A DNA stretch of 64,000 nucleotides from Candidatus Bathyarchaeota archaeon (GCA_963715865.1 OY970280.1:1056001-1120000); one strand, 5' to 3'. Counted from the stretch's first letter, positions 1 through 11,140 are shown. Notes: a model not told the origin generated them from the letters alone. Numbers and translations are program-made.

Positions 1-1195
1 TGGTGTTCTTTTCCATTACTTGGGTGAATACTCCGCCCATGGTTTCAACACCAAGCGATAATGGCGTAACATCTAAGAGTAATAGGTCTGTGACTTCGCC
101 TGTTATGACTGCGGCTTGGATGGCTGCGCCTATGGCAACGCATTCCATTGGGTCAAGTCCTCGTTCGGGTGCTTTGCCCAAGATTTGTTCTACGAACCTT
201 TGGACTAGGGGCATTCGGGTCATTCCGCCGATTAAGATGATTTTGTCGATTCCTTGCGGCGTTAGTTTTGCGTCTTCCAATGCTTTGAGGAGTGTTTTTT
301 CGGTTTTTTGAACGATTGGTTGCGCTAAAGATTCCAGTTTAGTGCGTGTTAATGCGAGGTGTAAGTGTTTTGGTCCTGCAGCGTCTGCTGTTAGGAATGG
401 CAGGTCAATGTCGGTGCTCATCAGCGTTGAAAGTTCAATTTTGGCTTTTTCCGCTGCTTCTTTAAGCCTGGGCATTGCCATTCTGTCGCTTGAGATATCT
501 ATGCCTGTTTGGCGTTTGAACTCGCCTAGAATGTAGTCCATGACTGCTTTGTCAACGTCTGTTCCGCCGAGTTGGGTATCGCCGCTTGTGCTGAGCACTT
601 GGAAGACTCCTTTGCCGAAATCCATTAATGTTACATCGTGGGTTCCGCCGCCGAAGCTGAAAACGAGAATTTTCATTTCTTGTTGAATCTTGTCTATGCC
701 GTATGCGAGGCATGCGGCGGTTGGTTCGTTGACTATTCGCATGACTTGGAAGCCTGCGATTTCCCCTGCGTCTTTGGTTGCTTGGCGTTGGTTGTCATCG
801 AAGTGGGCTGGGACAGTAATGACGGCTTTGCGCATTGTGCCGCCAAGGTATGTTTCTGCGTCTTTCTTTATTTTTTGCAGTATGAATGCTGAGATTTGCT
901 GTGGGCTGTACTCTTTTCCGTAAACGTTAACTTTGTAGTCAGTGCCCATTTTGCGTTTTATTTCAAAAATGGTTCCATCTGGGTTGGCGGCTGCTTGGCG
1001 TTTCGCCGGTTCACCTACCAAGAGTTGTCCATCTTTTGTGAAGGCAACGACTGATGGAAACATTTTTCCCGCCATTGTGGGGCCTTCCGCGCTTGGAATA
1101 ACGGTGGCGTGTCCGCCTTCGTATATGGCGGCTGCTGAATTGGTTGTTCCCAAATCTATTCCTAATACTTTTTCACTTGTTTTTTGATTACTCAT
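1..1195 (-). CDS. dnaK: Chaperone DnaK (Hsp70), 3' part runs off the window
   Basis: Manual minus-strand translation from ATG 1195: [19 protein letters not shown]...[20 protein letters not shown]...[12 protein letters not shown]. Absent from the ORF track because there is no stop in the window. Directly follows the grpE stop. Confidence 0.97.
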   Translation of the reverse strand, partial: MSNQKTSEKVLGIDLGTTNSAAAIYEGGHATVIPSAEGPTMAGKMFPSVVAFTKDGQLLVGEPAKRQAAANPDGTIFEIKRKMGTDYKVNVYGKEYSPQQISAFILQKIKKDAETYLGGTMRKAVITVPAHFDDNQRQATKDAGEIAGFQVMRIVNEPTAACLAYGIDKIQQEMKILVFSFGGGTHDVTLMDFGKGVFQVLSTSGDTQLGGTDVDKAVMDYILGEFKRQTGIDISSDRMAMPRLKEAAEKAKIELSTLMSTDIDLPFLTADAAGPKHLHLALTRTKLESLAQPIVQKTEKTLLKALEDAKLTPQGIDKIILIGGMTRMPLVQRFVEQILGKAPERGLDPMECVAIGAAIQAAVITGEVTDLLLLDVTPLSLGVETMGGVFTQVMEKNT

Positions 1196-1729
1196 TTACT
1201 TTTTTTCCTCCGTTTGGTTACTTTGATTTTTTGATGATTTTACTGCTACTTTGACGATGCTGGGTCGAATCACTTTGCCCCTCATCATGTACCCTTTTCT
1301 TATTTCCTCAATTACGGTAGAGCCTTGAACATCGTCTCGCTCGACTGCGGCAATAGCATTATGCCGTGAGGGGTCAAAAACTTTACCTTCTGGGTTTTCT
1401 ATTGGAGTAACACCTTCTTGCTCAAGAACCTTTCTGAGCTTTTTCAGGGTCATTTCCACGCCTTCTAGCAGGGATTCGGGCGATGTTGAGATTTCACCAT
1501 TTTTAACCGCTAACTCCAACTCATCCACAACATCCAACAGTTGAATGACTAAGCGTTCGGTGCAGTAATTCTTTATCTGCTCCGCTTCCCTATCAAACCG
1601 CTTCTTAAAGTTTTCAAGGTCAGCCTGCAAATACTTCAGCCTAGTCAAATAATCTTCTGCACGCTTCCTCTCGCAATCCAGAAGCTGCTCTAAGCGGTCA
1701 ACAGACTGCTCTTCTTCTGCATCAACCAT
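1196..1729 (-). CDS. grpE: Nucleotide exchange factor GrpE
   Basis: ADLENFKKR, FDPSRHNAI and GYMMRGKVIRPSIVKV motifs. ATG at 1729 preferred over the track start 1759. Confidence 0.96.
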   Translation of the reverse strand: MVDAEEEQSVDRLEQLLDCERKRAEDYLTRLKYLQADLENFKKRFDREAEQIKNYCTERLVIQLLDVVDELELAVKNGEISTSPESLLEGVEMTLKKLRKVLEQEGVTPIENPEGKVFDPSRHNAIAAVERDDVQGSTVIEEIRKGYMMRGKVIRPSIVKVAVKSSKNQSNQTEEKK

Positions 1730-1909
1730 TTTTCGCTTTGCCCCTGTATTCAAAATCAATCTTACACTCTAACAAAAAAATTTTTCTATCCTAAAAAAGA
1801 TTTGCACCTGCAATCTTTATTGTTTACAATTATCTGGGCAGTTTAGCCTAGATTTTTTAGTCGCAACTAATCGCAACGCAATAGTCGCAACTATTGAGAC
1901 AGCTTAAAA

Positions 1910-2254
1910 TCAATTTTTCATGAACTCTTTTTTTCTTTTCGTTGCCACACTGTAGAACAAAATCAGTAGCGGAAAAGCCAACAATAAAATCTTGTACAAT
2001 GTAAATTCTTGGCTTATTGAAACCGCGAGAAGGACCGTTGGAATGATGGTCAATAAGCTATAAGTGACAAGAAGCAAAATTAGCAAAGTGCGTGGCTTTA
2101 CACCGCCGAGTTCAGCTTTTCCGAAGACCAACTCTGATAGCTTGCCAAAACCCATTGTACAAGTTTTGCAATAGGCGCAAGTCTTACAGAGTTGCTTTCG
2201 CACAACGCCATAAACCACTATGAAGGCAACAAACGCGAAAATCAACGCATCCAC
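1910..2254 (-). CDS. Small membrane protein with CxxCxxCxxC motif
   Basis: Three hydrophobic segments around CKTCAYCKTC. Confidence 0.6.
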   Translation of the reverse strand: MDALIFAFVAFIVVYGVVRKQLCKTCAYCKTCTMGFGKLSELVFGKAELGGVKPRTLLILLLVTYSLLTIIPTVLLAVSISQEFTLYKILLLAFPLLILFYSVATKRKKEFMKN

Positions 2255-2387
2255 TGTATTCAGGGACCAAATATTCCCCAGTTAACCTAATTAAAATTTA
2301 ATCCCGCACACACCAAATCTTATATCTGCGAGAAGGCTCCCCTAATATGAGAGAGGTACTATTTCGTTGCAAAAGTGTTTTATTGTT

Positions 2388-3116
2388 ATGGAGAAAAGGT
2401 TTAGCAAAGCAACGCTTGTGCTACTTTTTCTAAGCATATTAACTTTAGCAGCAATAATAACGCCAGTGGCGAAAGCAGAAAACCTGTCGGTAACCTTGAA
2501 TCCTTCCGAGGGTCCCGCAGGAACAATAGTGGTGGTCATGATATCTGGGTTCCAAGCTCCCGACCCAGTAAGCGTCACCTTTGACACAACAAACGTCGGG
2601 ACGATAACAACAGGATATTCGTATAATGTTGCAAGCATGGAATTCACAGTTCCACCAGTATCTCTCGGCACGTATACTGTTACCGCTACGGATAGCCTAG
2701 GCGGCGGCGTTGCCACAACAACATTTGCCGTCACCCAAGCGCCATCTCCAACGCCCACAGGGACATCTACGGGGATACCAACATGGGTAAGCCCCACGAA
2801 TAGCCCCGTAATCGTGAGCACTGGATTTTGGTCACCGCTAATGATCGCCATAATCTCAGCTGTGATAGCTTTCGTCAGTTTTATGATAGTCGTATACGTA
2901 AAACGCGGCAAACAAAAAACGTCACCAGTTCAGGAGACCTCGCTTTACAAGCCTAGGCCGTCAGCTCCGTCAATGAAGCCTACCGCGGGCTCGAAGATTA
3001 ATCAGCCGGCGACTAATAGTCCACAACCGCCTTTTACAAAGGTATGCCGACATTGCAAACGAACTGTTAGAGATGACTTGAATGTCTGTCCATACTGCTT
3101 AAAAAGGCTAAAGTAG
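2388..3116 (+). CDS. Secreted/membrane-anchored Ig-like (IPT/TIG-type) protein with cytoplasmic zinc ribbon
   Basis: Signal peptide, beta-rich domain (LNPSEGPAGTIVVV), P/T linker, TM helix, C-terminal CRHC...CPYC. Confidence 0.75.
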   Translation: MEKRFSKATLVLLFLSILTLAAIITPVAKAENLSVTLNPSEGPAGTIVVVMISGFQAPDPVSVTFDTTNVGTITTGYSYNVASMEFTVPPVSLGTYTVTATDSLGGGVATTTFAVTQAPSPTPTGTSTGIPTWVSPTNSPVIVSTGFWSPLMIAIISAVIAFVSFMIVVYVKRGKQKTSPVQETSLYKPRPSAPSMKPTAGSKINQPATNSPQPPFTKVCRHCKRTVRDDLNVCPYCLKRLK

Positions 3117-3669
3117 ATAGGGGATTTCTAATCTTCTCATTTTTTTGCGTGTTGTGTGTTGTGTTGTGTCGTGTGTTGTGTGCGGCGTCGTGTGTCCCAT
3201 GGGTGTAGTGTAAGGGGGTAAGGGGCTAAGTAGTAAGCGTAAGCGTGTAAGCGGGTTTGGGTTATTAATTTTTAATCTTTTTCTCTGGTGTGTTCTTCCA
3301 CTCGTACACACACGCTAACACGCACGAACGTAAACACGCACTCTAACACGCACACACAACATAAAATACTAAGCTATTCTAATAAACTCATTTTAAACAC
3401 TTATGGAGCTGAAATTGAAAATTTTATGCAGTAAACATGATTTAGTGAATCGACAGAAACATGTTACCGCAAGATTTAAGCTAAGAAACAGACAACAACT
3501 TATGTGAAGTGAGAGACGGAGTCGCTGGCAGAAGCTCAACTGTCCAAGGCTATAAGCAAACAAAGAACAGTTTTTCTCCGTTGAACGAAAGCCCAAGACT
3601 ATCCTCGAAACCGTAGTGACGACCGTGAAGAAAACGAAATCAAAAAAACAGTATAGGTGGTGAAAAATA

Positions 3670-4209
3670 ATGGAGAAAAAAATGATGTACGCTTTAGTCG
3701 CAGTAGTTGTAATAATCGTTGTTGCAGTGGCAGTTGCTGGCGCTTACGTGCTAATGAATAGCGGCGGAGGCGGCGGTGGCGCAGACACTTATACCGTGGC
3801 GAACGCGACCAGTTTACAGTACAACGCTAACGTGACATATCAGGGGGCGTCCCCGACACTATTCAATGTGGCGGCAAAGAATGTGGGCGCTACGGACATG
3901 GTGCTGCGGATCGACATTTTAGGCGGTGAGTCGGGTAATTACACCTACATCATGGACCATGGAACCCAGACGGCTTGGCTATCAAATAACGGCACTTGGA
4001 CTAACGTTTCCAGCGATTTCACAAATCAGTGGAACACTTGGGTGGGAACGGGCAAGCCGCGGACAACCGACTTGGATGCTCTGGCGACAAATTGGAGCGG
4101 CACTGGAGACTACACTTACACTAATTCAGCAACCGGGACCACTATCAGATTCTACAACATAGCCATAAATCCTACGCTGGCTGATTCGCTGTTCCAGCCT
4201 AATACATAA
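3670..4209 (+). CDS. Membrane-anchored secreted hypothetical protein
   Basis: N-terminal TM, poly-Gly linker, N/T/W-rich beta domain with N-x-S/T sequons. Confidence 0.75.
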   Translation: MEKKMMYALVAVVVIIVVAVAVAGAYVLMNSGGGGGGADTYTVANATSLQYNANVTYQGASPTLFNVAAKNVGATDMVLRIDILGGESGNYTYIMDHGTQTAWLSNNGTWTNVSSDFTNQWNTWVGTGKPRTTDLDALATNWSGTGDYTYTNSATGTTIRFYNIAINPTLADSLFQPNT

Positions 4210-4408
4210 GCGGTTGAGCGGTTAAGCGCCTTGAAGCAAAAAAACCAACCTTTTTCTTTTTTTCGACTTTCCCGAGAAAGACAAAACAGCAACCAGAGAA
4301 AACAACACCACAATAGTAGTTTTGGGTTTGGGTTTTATTATAATTTAATTAAAAGTAGAAATAAATTTTAGGATTAAACTAAAGCTATAAAGAAGCTCTT
4401 TCCAAGCA

Positions 4409-7216
4409 CTAGCGCTTTACCTGTTTCTTAATTGCTTCCTCAGCCGCTTTTACTGCTTCCTGCAGTTTGTCAAGCTTTGTTCCGCCGCCTTGCGCAAAAT
4501 TCGCTCTTCCGCCGCCTCCGCCGCCAAAAATCGGCGCAACCTCCTTCATTATCATGTTTGCGTTTACGCCTTTTTGCACTGCCACTTCTCCAGCCATAAC
4601 CATGAGTCTGCAGGTTTTGCCGTCGGAACCATAAAACAGCGTCACGGTTGCTTCGTTGCGTTTTATCATTTCGCTTGCGGTTTGTACCATGCGGTTAACG
4701 TCGATGACTTCGCCGAAGTCACGTTTAACAATGGCTATGCCGTCCGCTTCAACTGTTGCTTCAGCCGTTTTCGCTTGGCCAATTGCGCTTTCTTTCTCAG
4801 CCAGTTCCTTGATTAGTTTACGTTTCTCAAAATTAGCCTCTTTCAGCTCTTTCACGATTTTCTCAGCCGTCTTATCCAACTTCTCCACAGGAGCCATCAA
4901 AACTTCCGAAACCTTCCAGAGCAGGCTTTCCTGTTTCTGCACTGCCTTCAACGCTTCAAGCCCAACCGCGTAACCTAAGCGTTCGACGCCATCTTGCACT
5001 CGCTCAGTGTAAACAATTTTTACAAAGCCAACTTCCAGAGTGCTTCCCAGATGCGTTCCAGCACAAGCTTCAACATCCCAATCGCCAGTCTTCACCACGC
5101 GAATATCCTTCCCTGGAACCGCGCCGCCTTGGTAGAGCCTGAAGCCGTAACGTGCTTCCGCCTCGTTCCGCGGTAGCCAAGCTGTCTCAACCTTCATGTT
5201 AGCCATAATAGCCTGATTCGCTAACGTCTCGATTTTGTGGGTTTCTTCAGGAGTTAATCTTCGGTAATGTGAAATGTCCAATCGTGAAGTTTCCAAGCCC
5301 TTCTGTGTCCCAGACTGCCAAACATGCTCGCCTAGAACTCGTCTTGCAGCGCCGTTAACCACGTGCGTAACCGTATGCGCCTTCATCAATGCATAGCGCC
5401 TGTCCCAGTCAAGAACGCCGTGAACAGTGCTGCCTTCCTTGAATGATGGCGAAGCGCCGATTTTGTGAACTATGACTTTACCAATCTTCTGAACATCAAC
5501 TACATCGTATTTTGAAGCGCCGACTGTTAGCCATCCATGGTCTGCTGGCTGCCCTCCCCCTTCGGGATAAAAGCATGTTCCATCCAATACTACGTACTTG
5601 CCGTTTATTATTTTGAGAACTTTAGCATCGAACTCGCGCATGTACGTGTCAGCATAGTACAGTTGCTCTGTTGCAGGTAGTTGCTCAGCCACTTTTTCCA
5701 GCGTTTCTTCAGCTTGGGTTTCTTCCTCTTCAACGGGTTTTGTTGCCTGCATGTGCCGTTTAGCGATTAACGCGTAAAAGTTCTCAGGAACCTCCACTTG
5801 CACGCCTTCTTTCTCAGCCGCCTGCTTAACAATTTCAGGTGGAAGCCCATGCGAATCGTACAGTTCTGTCAGCGTGTCCTGCGGGATTTTGCCTGTGCCT
5901 TTTGCCTTTAACTCACTGGCTATTCGTTTAACCATACCTTCTCCACGCTTAAGCGTCTCTTCGAACTTTTCCTCTTCAACCTTAAGCATCTCAACAATTT
6001 CGTTTCGCATAGTTTTGATGTGGGGGAAGTCTTTTGACCAGTAATCAACCTGCATATCCACGATATCATAGAGTTTTGCTGGTTCCATGTTGAGGGTTCG
6101 CATTAAACGGTAAACCCTTCGGAACAGCAGCCTAGCCAAGTATCCTTCCTGAATGTTCGATGGCACGACGCCTTCGGAAAGCATGAAGCTCAACGTTTTG
6201 GTGTGGTCTGTTACTGCCCAAGCATTCTCAATTGGAATCAGCACTTTATCGAGCGTTTTCATGTCGATGCCTGAAAGCTCCGACACGCGTTTCCTAGTGA
6301 CAAGTCGATTTGCGTTTTTGTCAACGCTAACTAAACCCGAATACTTCGCCACGCGAGATAAGAAATCGTTGTCAACATTGGTTATTCCCGCCATGCCTAG
6401 GACTTTGTCGAGCATTTTTCCGTAGATTGCTTGGAAGAGGCTTGGTGTACCTTGGCTAATCCAGGTGAAACGGTCGATGCCATATCCCGTGTCCACCGTG
6501 CGAATAGGCAGCTTTACGAATTCGTCGCCGACGACCTTGTACTGCATGAAAACCAACGTGCTAACCTCCAATCCGCGGACGATGCATTCCACGTCTGGGC
6601 CAGCGTTGCCGCCGCCAACCCACACATCCTCCTTGTACACGACCGCCTCAGATTTTATGCCAAGCACTTCAGTGGCAAACCTGTGGTGAAAACGCACTGT
6701 TTCATCCTTCCAGTACACTTCCTTGTCAGGATAATTGAACGCGTGAGCCCCACCCATCTCGAAAATGGTCAAGTGCCTGCCAAACGTAGGTCCAGTATTA
6801 GAAATATCCGTCAGCCTGATGCATGGCTGAGAAATCACCAGCGGATTAGCCGGTGGCGGCGCAATGCCCTCGGTCACGTAGGGTTGGAAATCAATTATGC
6901 TTGCGTGAGTTAGGTAAATGTCTTTTCGCCATCTGGCAACAACAGGATAAGGCTTTATACGCGTGTGCCCGTTCTTCTCGAAAAACGAAAGAAACGCCTC
7001 TCTCATTTCAGAAAGACTATACTTTTTCTTAGTTGCTGGATTATTAATGAAAGTGTAGAATCCGCACTCATCTGAGCTGGCTTCACCGCAAGTCTCCTGC
7101 TCTGCATTCTGGGTCCAGAAATATTCACCGCATTTTGGACAATGCTTCCTAACAAAACCTTCTTGCTTGAAGAATGGAAGTGCATATTCCTCTGCTGGAA
7201 ATCTTTTCTCAGCCAT
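4409..7216 (-). CDS. alaS: Alanine--tRNA ligase (archaeal type)
   Basis: N-terminal Zn finger CPKC, QPCIR, HLTIFEM, editing HTVTH...EACAGTH, C-Ala GGGGGG. Start MAEKRF at 7216. Confidence 0.98.
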   Translation of the reverse strand: MAEKRFPAEEYALPFFKQEGFVRKHCPKCGEYFWTQNAEQETCGEASSDECGFYTFINNPATKKKYSLSEMREAFLSFFEKNGHTRIKPYPVVARWRKDIYLTHASIIDFQPYVTEGIAPPPANPLVISQPCIRLTDISNTGPTFGRHLTIFEMGGAHAFNYPDKEVYWKDETVRFHHRFATEVLGIKSEAVVYKEDVWVGGGNAGPDVECIVRGLEVSTLVFMQYKVVGDEFVKLPIRTVDTGYGIDRFTWISQGTPSLFQAIYGKMLDKVLGMAGITNVDNDFLSRVAKYSGLVSVDKNANRLVTRKRVSELSGIDMKTLDKVLIPIENAWAVTDHTKTLSFMLSEGVVPSNIQEGYLARLLFRRVYRLMRTLNMEPAKLYDIVDMQVDYWSKDFPHIKTMRNEIVEMLKVEEEKFEETLKRGEGMVKRIASELKAKGTGKIPQDTLTELYDSHGLPPEIVKQAAEKEGVQVEVPENFYALIAKRHMQATKPVEEEETQAEETLEKVAEQLPATEQLYYADTYMREFDAKVLKIINGKYVVLDGTCFYPEGGGQPADHGWLTVGASKYDVVDVQKIGKVIVHKIGASPSFKEGSTVHGVLDWDRRYALMKAHTVTHVVNGAARRVLGEHVWQSGTQKGLETSRLDISHYRRLTPEETHKIETLANQAIMANMKVETAWLPRNEAEARYGFRLYQGGAVPGKDIRVVKTGDWDVEACAGTHLGSTLEVGFVKIVYTERVQDGVERLGYAVGLEALKAVQKQESLLWKVSEVLMAPVEKLDKTAEKIVKELKEANFEKRKLIKELAEKESAIGQAKTAEATVEADGIAIVKRDFGEVIDVNRMVQTASEMIKRNEATVTLFYGSDGKTCRLMVMAGEVAVQKGVNANMIMKEVAPIFGGGGGGRANFAQGGGTKLDKLQEAVKAAEEAIKKQVKR

Positions 7217-7439
7217 TAAGATGCCTCTTTTAAACCGTGTTTTCTTTGTTTTGAATTGGTTTATGGGCTTCACGAATTTAAATCATTTCAATAAAATTAG
7301 GTGTTTTTTGCTAAATGAAAAAAGAATATTGGCATTGGCGCCTTAAAATAGTGGACCAGCAGGAATTAGCTCTGCAGTTTGTAAAGTGCTTTCAAAAAGC
7401 AATTAAAAAAAGGGGAATAGTGGATATACTTTCTATAGT

Positions 7440-8351
7440 TCAAAATGTGCCCAAGTACGTTGTTTGGGTTTGTTGAGTCTTGGGCTTGCGGCGGCGTCTG
7501 TACCATGCAAGGATTATGAGGATTAACACTATGATGATAACGGCGATCACTATGAGCCAGTCAACTGCACTGAAAACGAATGCTGCTGCAGTTGCTGTTG
7601 GCGTGTGCGCAGTTGTAGGTGTAGGCGAAATTCCAGTAGCTGTAGGTGTAGGCGAAATTCCAGTAGCTGTAGGTGTAGGCGAAATTCCAGTAGCTGTAGG
7701 TGTAGGCGCGCTCGCTACTGTCCAAACGTCTGCGTTTGTGTTTGTAATCGTTTCTGTGAAAGCTTCCGTTTCGGAACCAAATGTGTCAATGCTTTCGTAA
7801 TACGATGAAACAGCTACACCTTTAATTTTATCGTAGTATACATCTGTTTTGTCATAGTGGTTTACAGATGTTGTTTCGACTAGACGTTCGTTTGTCTGTC
7901 TATTACCGCTTTGATAGGTTCTTACTACTGTATAGTTTATGGTCGCGTCCCCGCCAGATGGATAGATTTTATCGTTTGCATTGAGGTTTCCCGCGATTAT
8001 AAGCGATCCGAAGGGCAGGTGGATAGAGCCAGATTCAACGTCCACGAAGCCTGTTTGTGTATTTGTTGATCCATTGCGGTATGTGCTTATGACTTCGGCG
8101 TTTACTGTTGTTCCTGAAATGCCTGTTATTGTGATTTGAAAGCTTTGAGTTTGGTTCAGTTCAATTACGTCGCTAGGTACTGGTAATGTAGGGTCTGTTG
8201 AGTTCCAGCTAACATTGTAATTATATTGAAACACGTCTCCTTTGGTTACTCCCGGACTTACGAGTTGAGGGGATTGAGCAGATGCGACTGATATGGACAG
8301 TATTGATAGAGCAGATAGAAGAAAGATTGTTAAAATTATTTTGTTTTTCAT
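7440..8351 (-). CDS. Secreted surface protein with P/T tandem-repeat stalk and C-terminal TM anchor
   Basis: Signal peptide, beta-rich domain, (PTPTATGIS)x3, TM followed by RRRRK. Confidence 0.8.
   Translation of the reverse strand: MKNKIILTIFLLSALSILSISVASAQSPQLVSPGVTKGDVFQYNYNVSWNSTDPTLPVPSDVIELNQTQSFQITITGISGTTVNAEVISTYRNGSTNTQTGFVDVESGSIHLPFGSLIIAGNLNANDKIYPSGGDATINYTVVRTYQSGNRQTNERLVETTSVNHYDKTDVYYDKIKGVAVSSYYESIDTFGSETEAFTETITNTNADVWTVASAPTPTATGISPTPTATGISPTPTATGISPTPTTAHTPTATAAAFVFSAVDWLIVIAVIIIVLILIILAWYRRRRKPKTQQTQTTYLGTF
7614..7707 (+). repeat. Perfect 27-bp tandem repeat, 3.5 copies (coding PTPTATGIS)
   Basis: TGTAGGTGTAGGCGAAATTCCAGTAGC at 7614, 7641 and 7668, plus a partial copy at 7695. 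Confidence 0.95.
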
Positions 8352-8448
8352 TTTGCTCTTGCCTTTTTGTTTAATTTAGGCTTATTGTTTTTTAGGCTTT
8401 TAATTTTTTGGAAGAAATAAAAAGGGGGTGAAAAAAGGTTTTTGGGTG

Positions 8449-10617
8449 TCATTTGTACACGGTGATTACCACATTGTCAACCCAAATTGCTGCCCTGCTA
8501 CTCAGACTTTGGCTTAGGAACGATATTCTGAAATCGGTTGTGAAGACTGAGGTGTCAGCGATTGTTACTGTGTACTGGTGCCATACCATGGGGCTATATA
8601 CGCTGGTATCGCCTAGGTTTGCTCCGTTTGTTCCAAGAGTTTTCCAGGTTACGCTGTTGTAATTGTTTGTGACAGTTCCACCATAGCGGACTTGGAAGTT
8701 TGTTGGCTGCGTTTGGTATATCATGAACTCGAAAGTCACTGTTATGTATTTTGCGCCTGTGGCGTCTATCGGGTTGCATGAGAACGGTCCTTCATTGCTA
8801 CTTGTTGCTTTAACTGACTGTGGTGCGCTGTAATAGTAATCAGTAGCAACATTCCATGGTGGGTTGGACCAGTAGTTCCATCCATCTTGCCAACTTGTGC
8901 CACTGCCATCAAAGGATGAATTAAGCACGACTGTGGGTGTTCCGGTGTTAATTGTGAAGGTTGTGCTTACTGAGGCATAGTTTGTTGCAGAAGCTGTTAA
9001 GGTTGGTGTACCTGTAGCGGAAGCCTCATAATAGAAGCTGGCCGTGCTTCCTGAACTGATGGATACTGAACTAATTTGTGTTGTGCAAAACGCATCTGAA
9101 TAGAATGCTCCGGAAGTCGCAGTTAAGGTAACAGTTGTAGTGCCGCTGGTTATTGCGGTGCCTGAGGCTGTTTGGCGTTGAACTGTGATTACTGATGATG
9201 GCTGACCAACCAACAATGTTTGGCTTGCTCCTGCTGTGAATACGAGTTTCTGGCTTGTAGACGAGATAAAGTTGGCGGTTATGCTGCCTGCTCCATTGAT
9301 TTGCGCTGTGGTCGAAGTTGCTACTGGGTTTGTTATTTGAATTGATCCTGAGAATGTCCAAGATGAGAATGTGTAGCCATTAGTTGCGGTGGCAGTAATC
9401 GGTACTGATGCGCTTGCAGTGTAGGTCTGGGTTCCTGTTGGGTTTACGTTTCCACTCCCTGACGGGCTAGCCGCGAAAGTTACCTGGAATTGGTTTCCAG
9501 GTGGAGTTGTCGGGGTTGGAGTTGGTGTAGGTGTTGGGGTTGGAGTAGGCGTTGGAGTAGGGGTAGGTGTTGGGGTTGGTGTAGGCGTTGGGCTGTTAAT
9601 ATTGAATGTTGTGCTTACTGATGAGTAGCCTGTGGCTGAAGCTGTCAACATTGGCGTACCTACAGTTGCATCTTTGTACCAGACATTAGCTGAGCTTGCT
9701 GGGCTGTTAATTGTAATTGAAGTAATTTGGGTTGTACCTGCCGCATCGGAGTAGAAGGTTCCGCTGGAGGTTGTAGCTAAGTTGACGGTTGTGCTGCCGG
9801 TTGTTATTGGGGTGCCAGATAAGTCTTGGCGTTGAATCGTTATTACAGACGACATGGCATTAACAAGGATGCTTTGGCCTGCGCCTGCTGTCAAGGCAAG
9901 TCTTGGGTTTGCTGCTGAGATGAAATTGGCGGTTACTGTGCCTGCCCCGTTGATTTCTGCAGTAGTCGAAGCCGACGTTGGATTGTTTATTTGAATGCTT
10001 CCAGTGAATATCCAGGATGAAAATATGTAGCCATTATTAGCGGTTGCATAAATCGGTATCACTGTGCCTGTAGCGTAAGTTTGAGTCCCTGACGGGCTTA
10101 CGGTTCCAGCTTCCGCAGGACTTGCCGAGAAAGTTACTTGGACTTGTACTGGTGTTTGGGAACCAGAGTTGCCAGAGTTGCCTGAATTACCTGTGATCTG
10201 CATGAATGTTCCTTCAACGGTGACTATTTTGATTCTATCACCAGGATGGAATGGACAATTAACGACAAGTTCGACAGTTTGACCCACATTTATCGGGATA
10301 AGCTGACCCTGTGTAACATCATTGCCGTCTACTCGAAGAATATCTTGGAGGACATCGTTGACGTAGACGCTGCCGTCCTGCTTAAGATGCACTATTCCTT
10401 GGCCGGTGTTTTGCACGTAAACGATTAAGTTGCCTCCGGTTACGTAGTTTTGTATTTGTATTGCGTTGCCTGTCTGCGTGGTTTTGCCACCTATGTAGCC
10501 CATGACCCAGGCGTAAGCGAATAGTGAAGCTACGACGGCTATTGCTATCATTAATAGAACTGATATTACTGGTGAAATTGCTCTGATAGAGCGTTTTATC
10601 TTAGTTATTTTTCGCAT
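8449..10617 (-). CDS. Giant type IV pilin-like adhesin (class III signal peptide, duplicated ~185-aa module, C-terminal beta-sandwich)
   Basis: KRSIRA|ISPVISVLLMIAIAVVAS start. Two similar modules (VTFxASP...GYxFSSW...) separated by a (PT)n linker. Confidence 0.85.
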   Translation of the reverse strand: MRKITKIKRSIRAISPVISVLLMIAIAVVASLFAYAWVMGYIGGKTTQTGNAIQIQNYVTGGNLIVYVQNTGQGIVHLKQDGSVYVNDVLQDILRVDGNDVTQGQLIPINVGQTVELVVNCPFHPGDRIKIVTVEGTFMQITGNSGNSGNSGSQTPVQVQVTFSASPAEAGTVSPSGTQTYATGTVIPIYATANNGYIFSSWIFTGSIQINNPTSASTTAEINGAGTVTANFISAANPRLALTAGAGQSILVNAMSSVITIQRQDLSGTPITTGSTTVNLATTSSGTFYSDAAGTTQITSITINSPASSANVWYKDATVGTPMLTASATGYSSVSTTFNINSPTPTPTPTPTPTPTPTPTPTPTPTPTPTTPPGNQFQVTFAASPSGSGNVNPTGTQTYTASASVPITATATNGYTFSSWTFSGSIQITNPVATSTTAQINGAGSITANFISSTSQKLVFTAGASQTLLVGQPSSVITVQRQTASGTAITSGTTTVTLTATSGAFYSDAFCTTQISSVSISSGSTASFYYEASATGTPTLTASATNYASVSTTFTINTGTPTVVLNSSFDGSGTSWQDGWNYWSNPPWNVATDYYYSAPQSVKATSSNEGPFSCNPIDATGAKYITVTFEFMIYQTQPTNFQVRYGGTVTNNYNSVTWKTLGTNGANLGDTSVYSPMVWHQYTVTIADTSVFTTDFRISFLSQSLSSRAAIWVDNVVITVYK

Positions 10618-11140
10618 ACTTCTTTCTCCTTATTGATTTTTGAATTAGAGCTAAAGTTATCGTTTCTCTCCTTTCTTTTGTGTATCTTTTGCGGTCGCAG
10701 CTATTTAAGGCTGTATAGAACAAATCTCCAGAACAAAAATAAGCTAAAAAATAATTTAATGAAAACATATGCGGATTTTTTGTTGAATTTGAAAAATAAT
10801 TATTTAGTGAATGTTAGCGAAGTCGATGCAAAAAGTGAAGTGAGCAAGGGGCAAAAAGAAGCTGCCGCTGCCGTTTGAATTGCAGAAGCTAAGATGGGAT
10901 TACAAGTAACTAATTGAGTTTGCAGGATTGTGGCAAATGTTGGATTATTGATGTGGCATGTTTTTGTGTTTAATCTTATCTGCCTGGCTTTGATTTGACT
11001 TTTTGATTTATCAGCTTTCTCTTTAGGGTTTATGGAGTCTATATTACGAAATCCGAAATATTAAGACGAACGAAACATGACTTATAACACGAAACCGCTT
11101 AACTCGAATATAGAGAACAGTTCTAGAAGAGGAGACCAAA

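Noticed and set aside
3-1187. Five plus-strand ORFs, and the apparent absence of a minus-strand gene
   Set aside because: They are antisense shadows of an intact dnaK, omitted from the track only because it runs off the window.
4490-7185. ORFs overlapping alaS (and similar overlaps inside other long genes)
   Set aside because: Antisense or alternate-frame shadows of well-supported genes.
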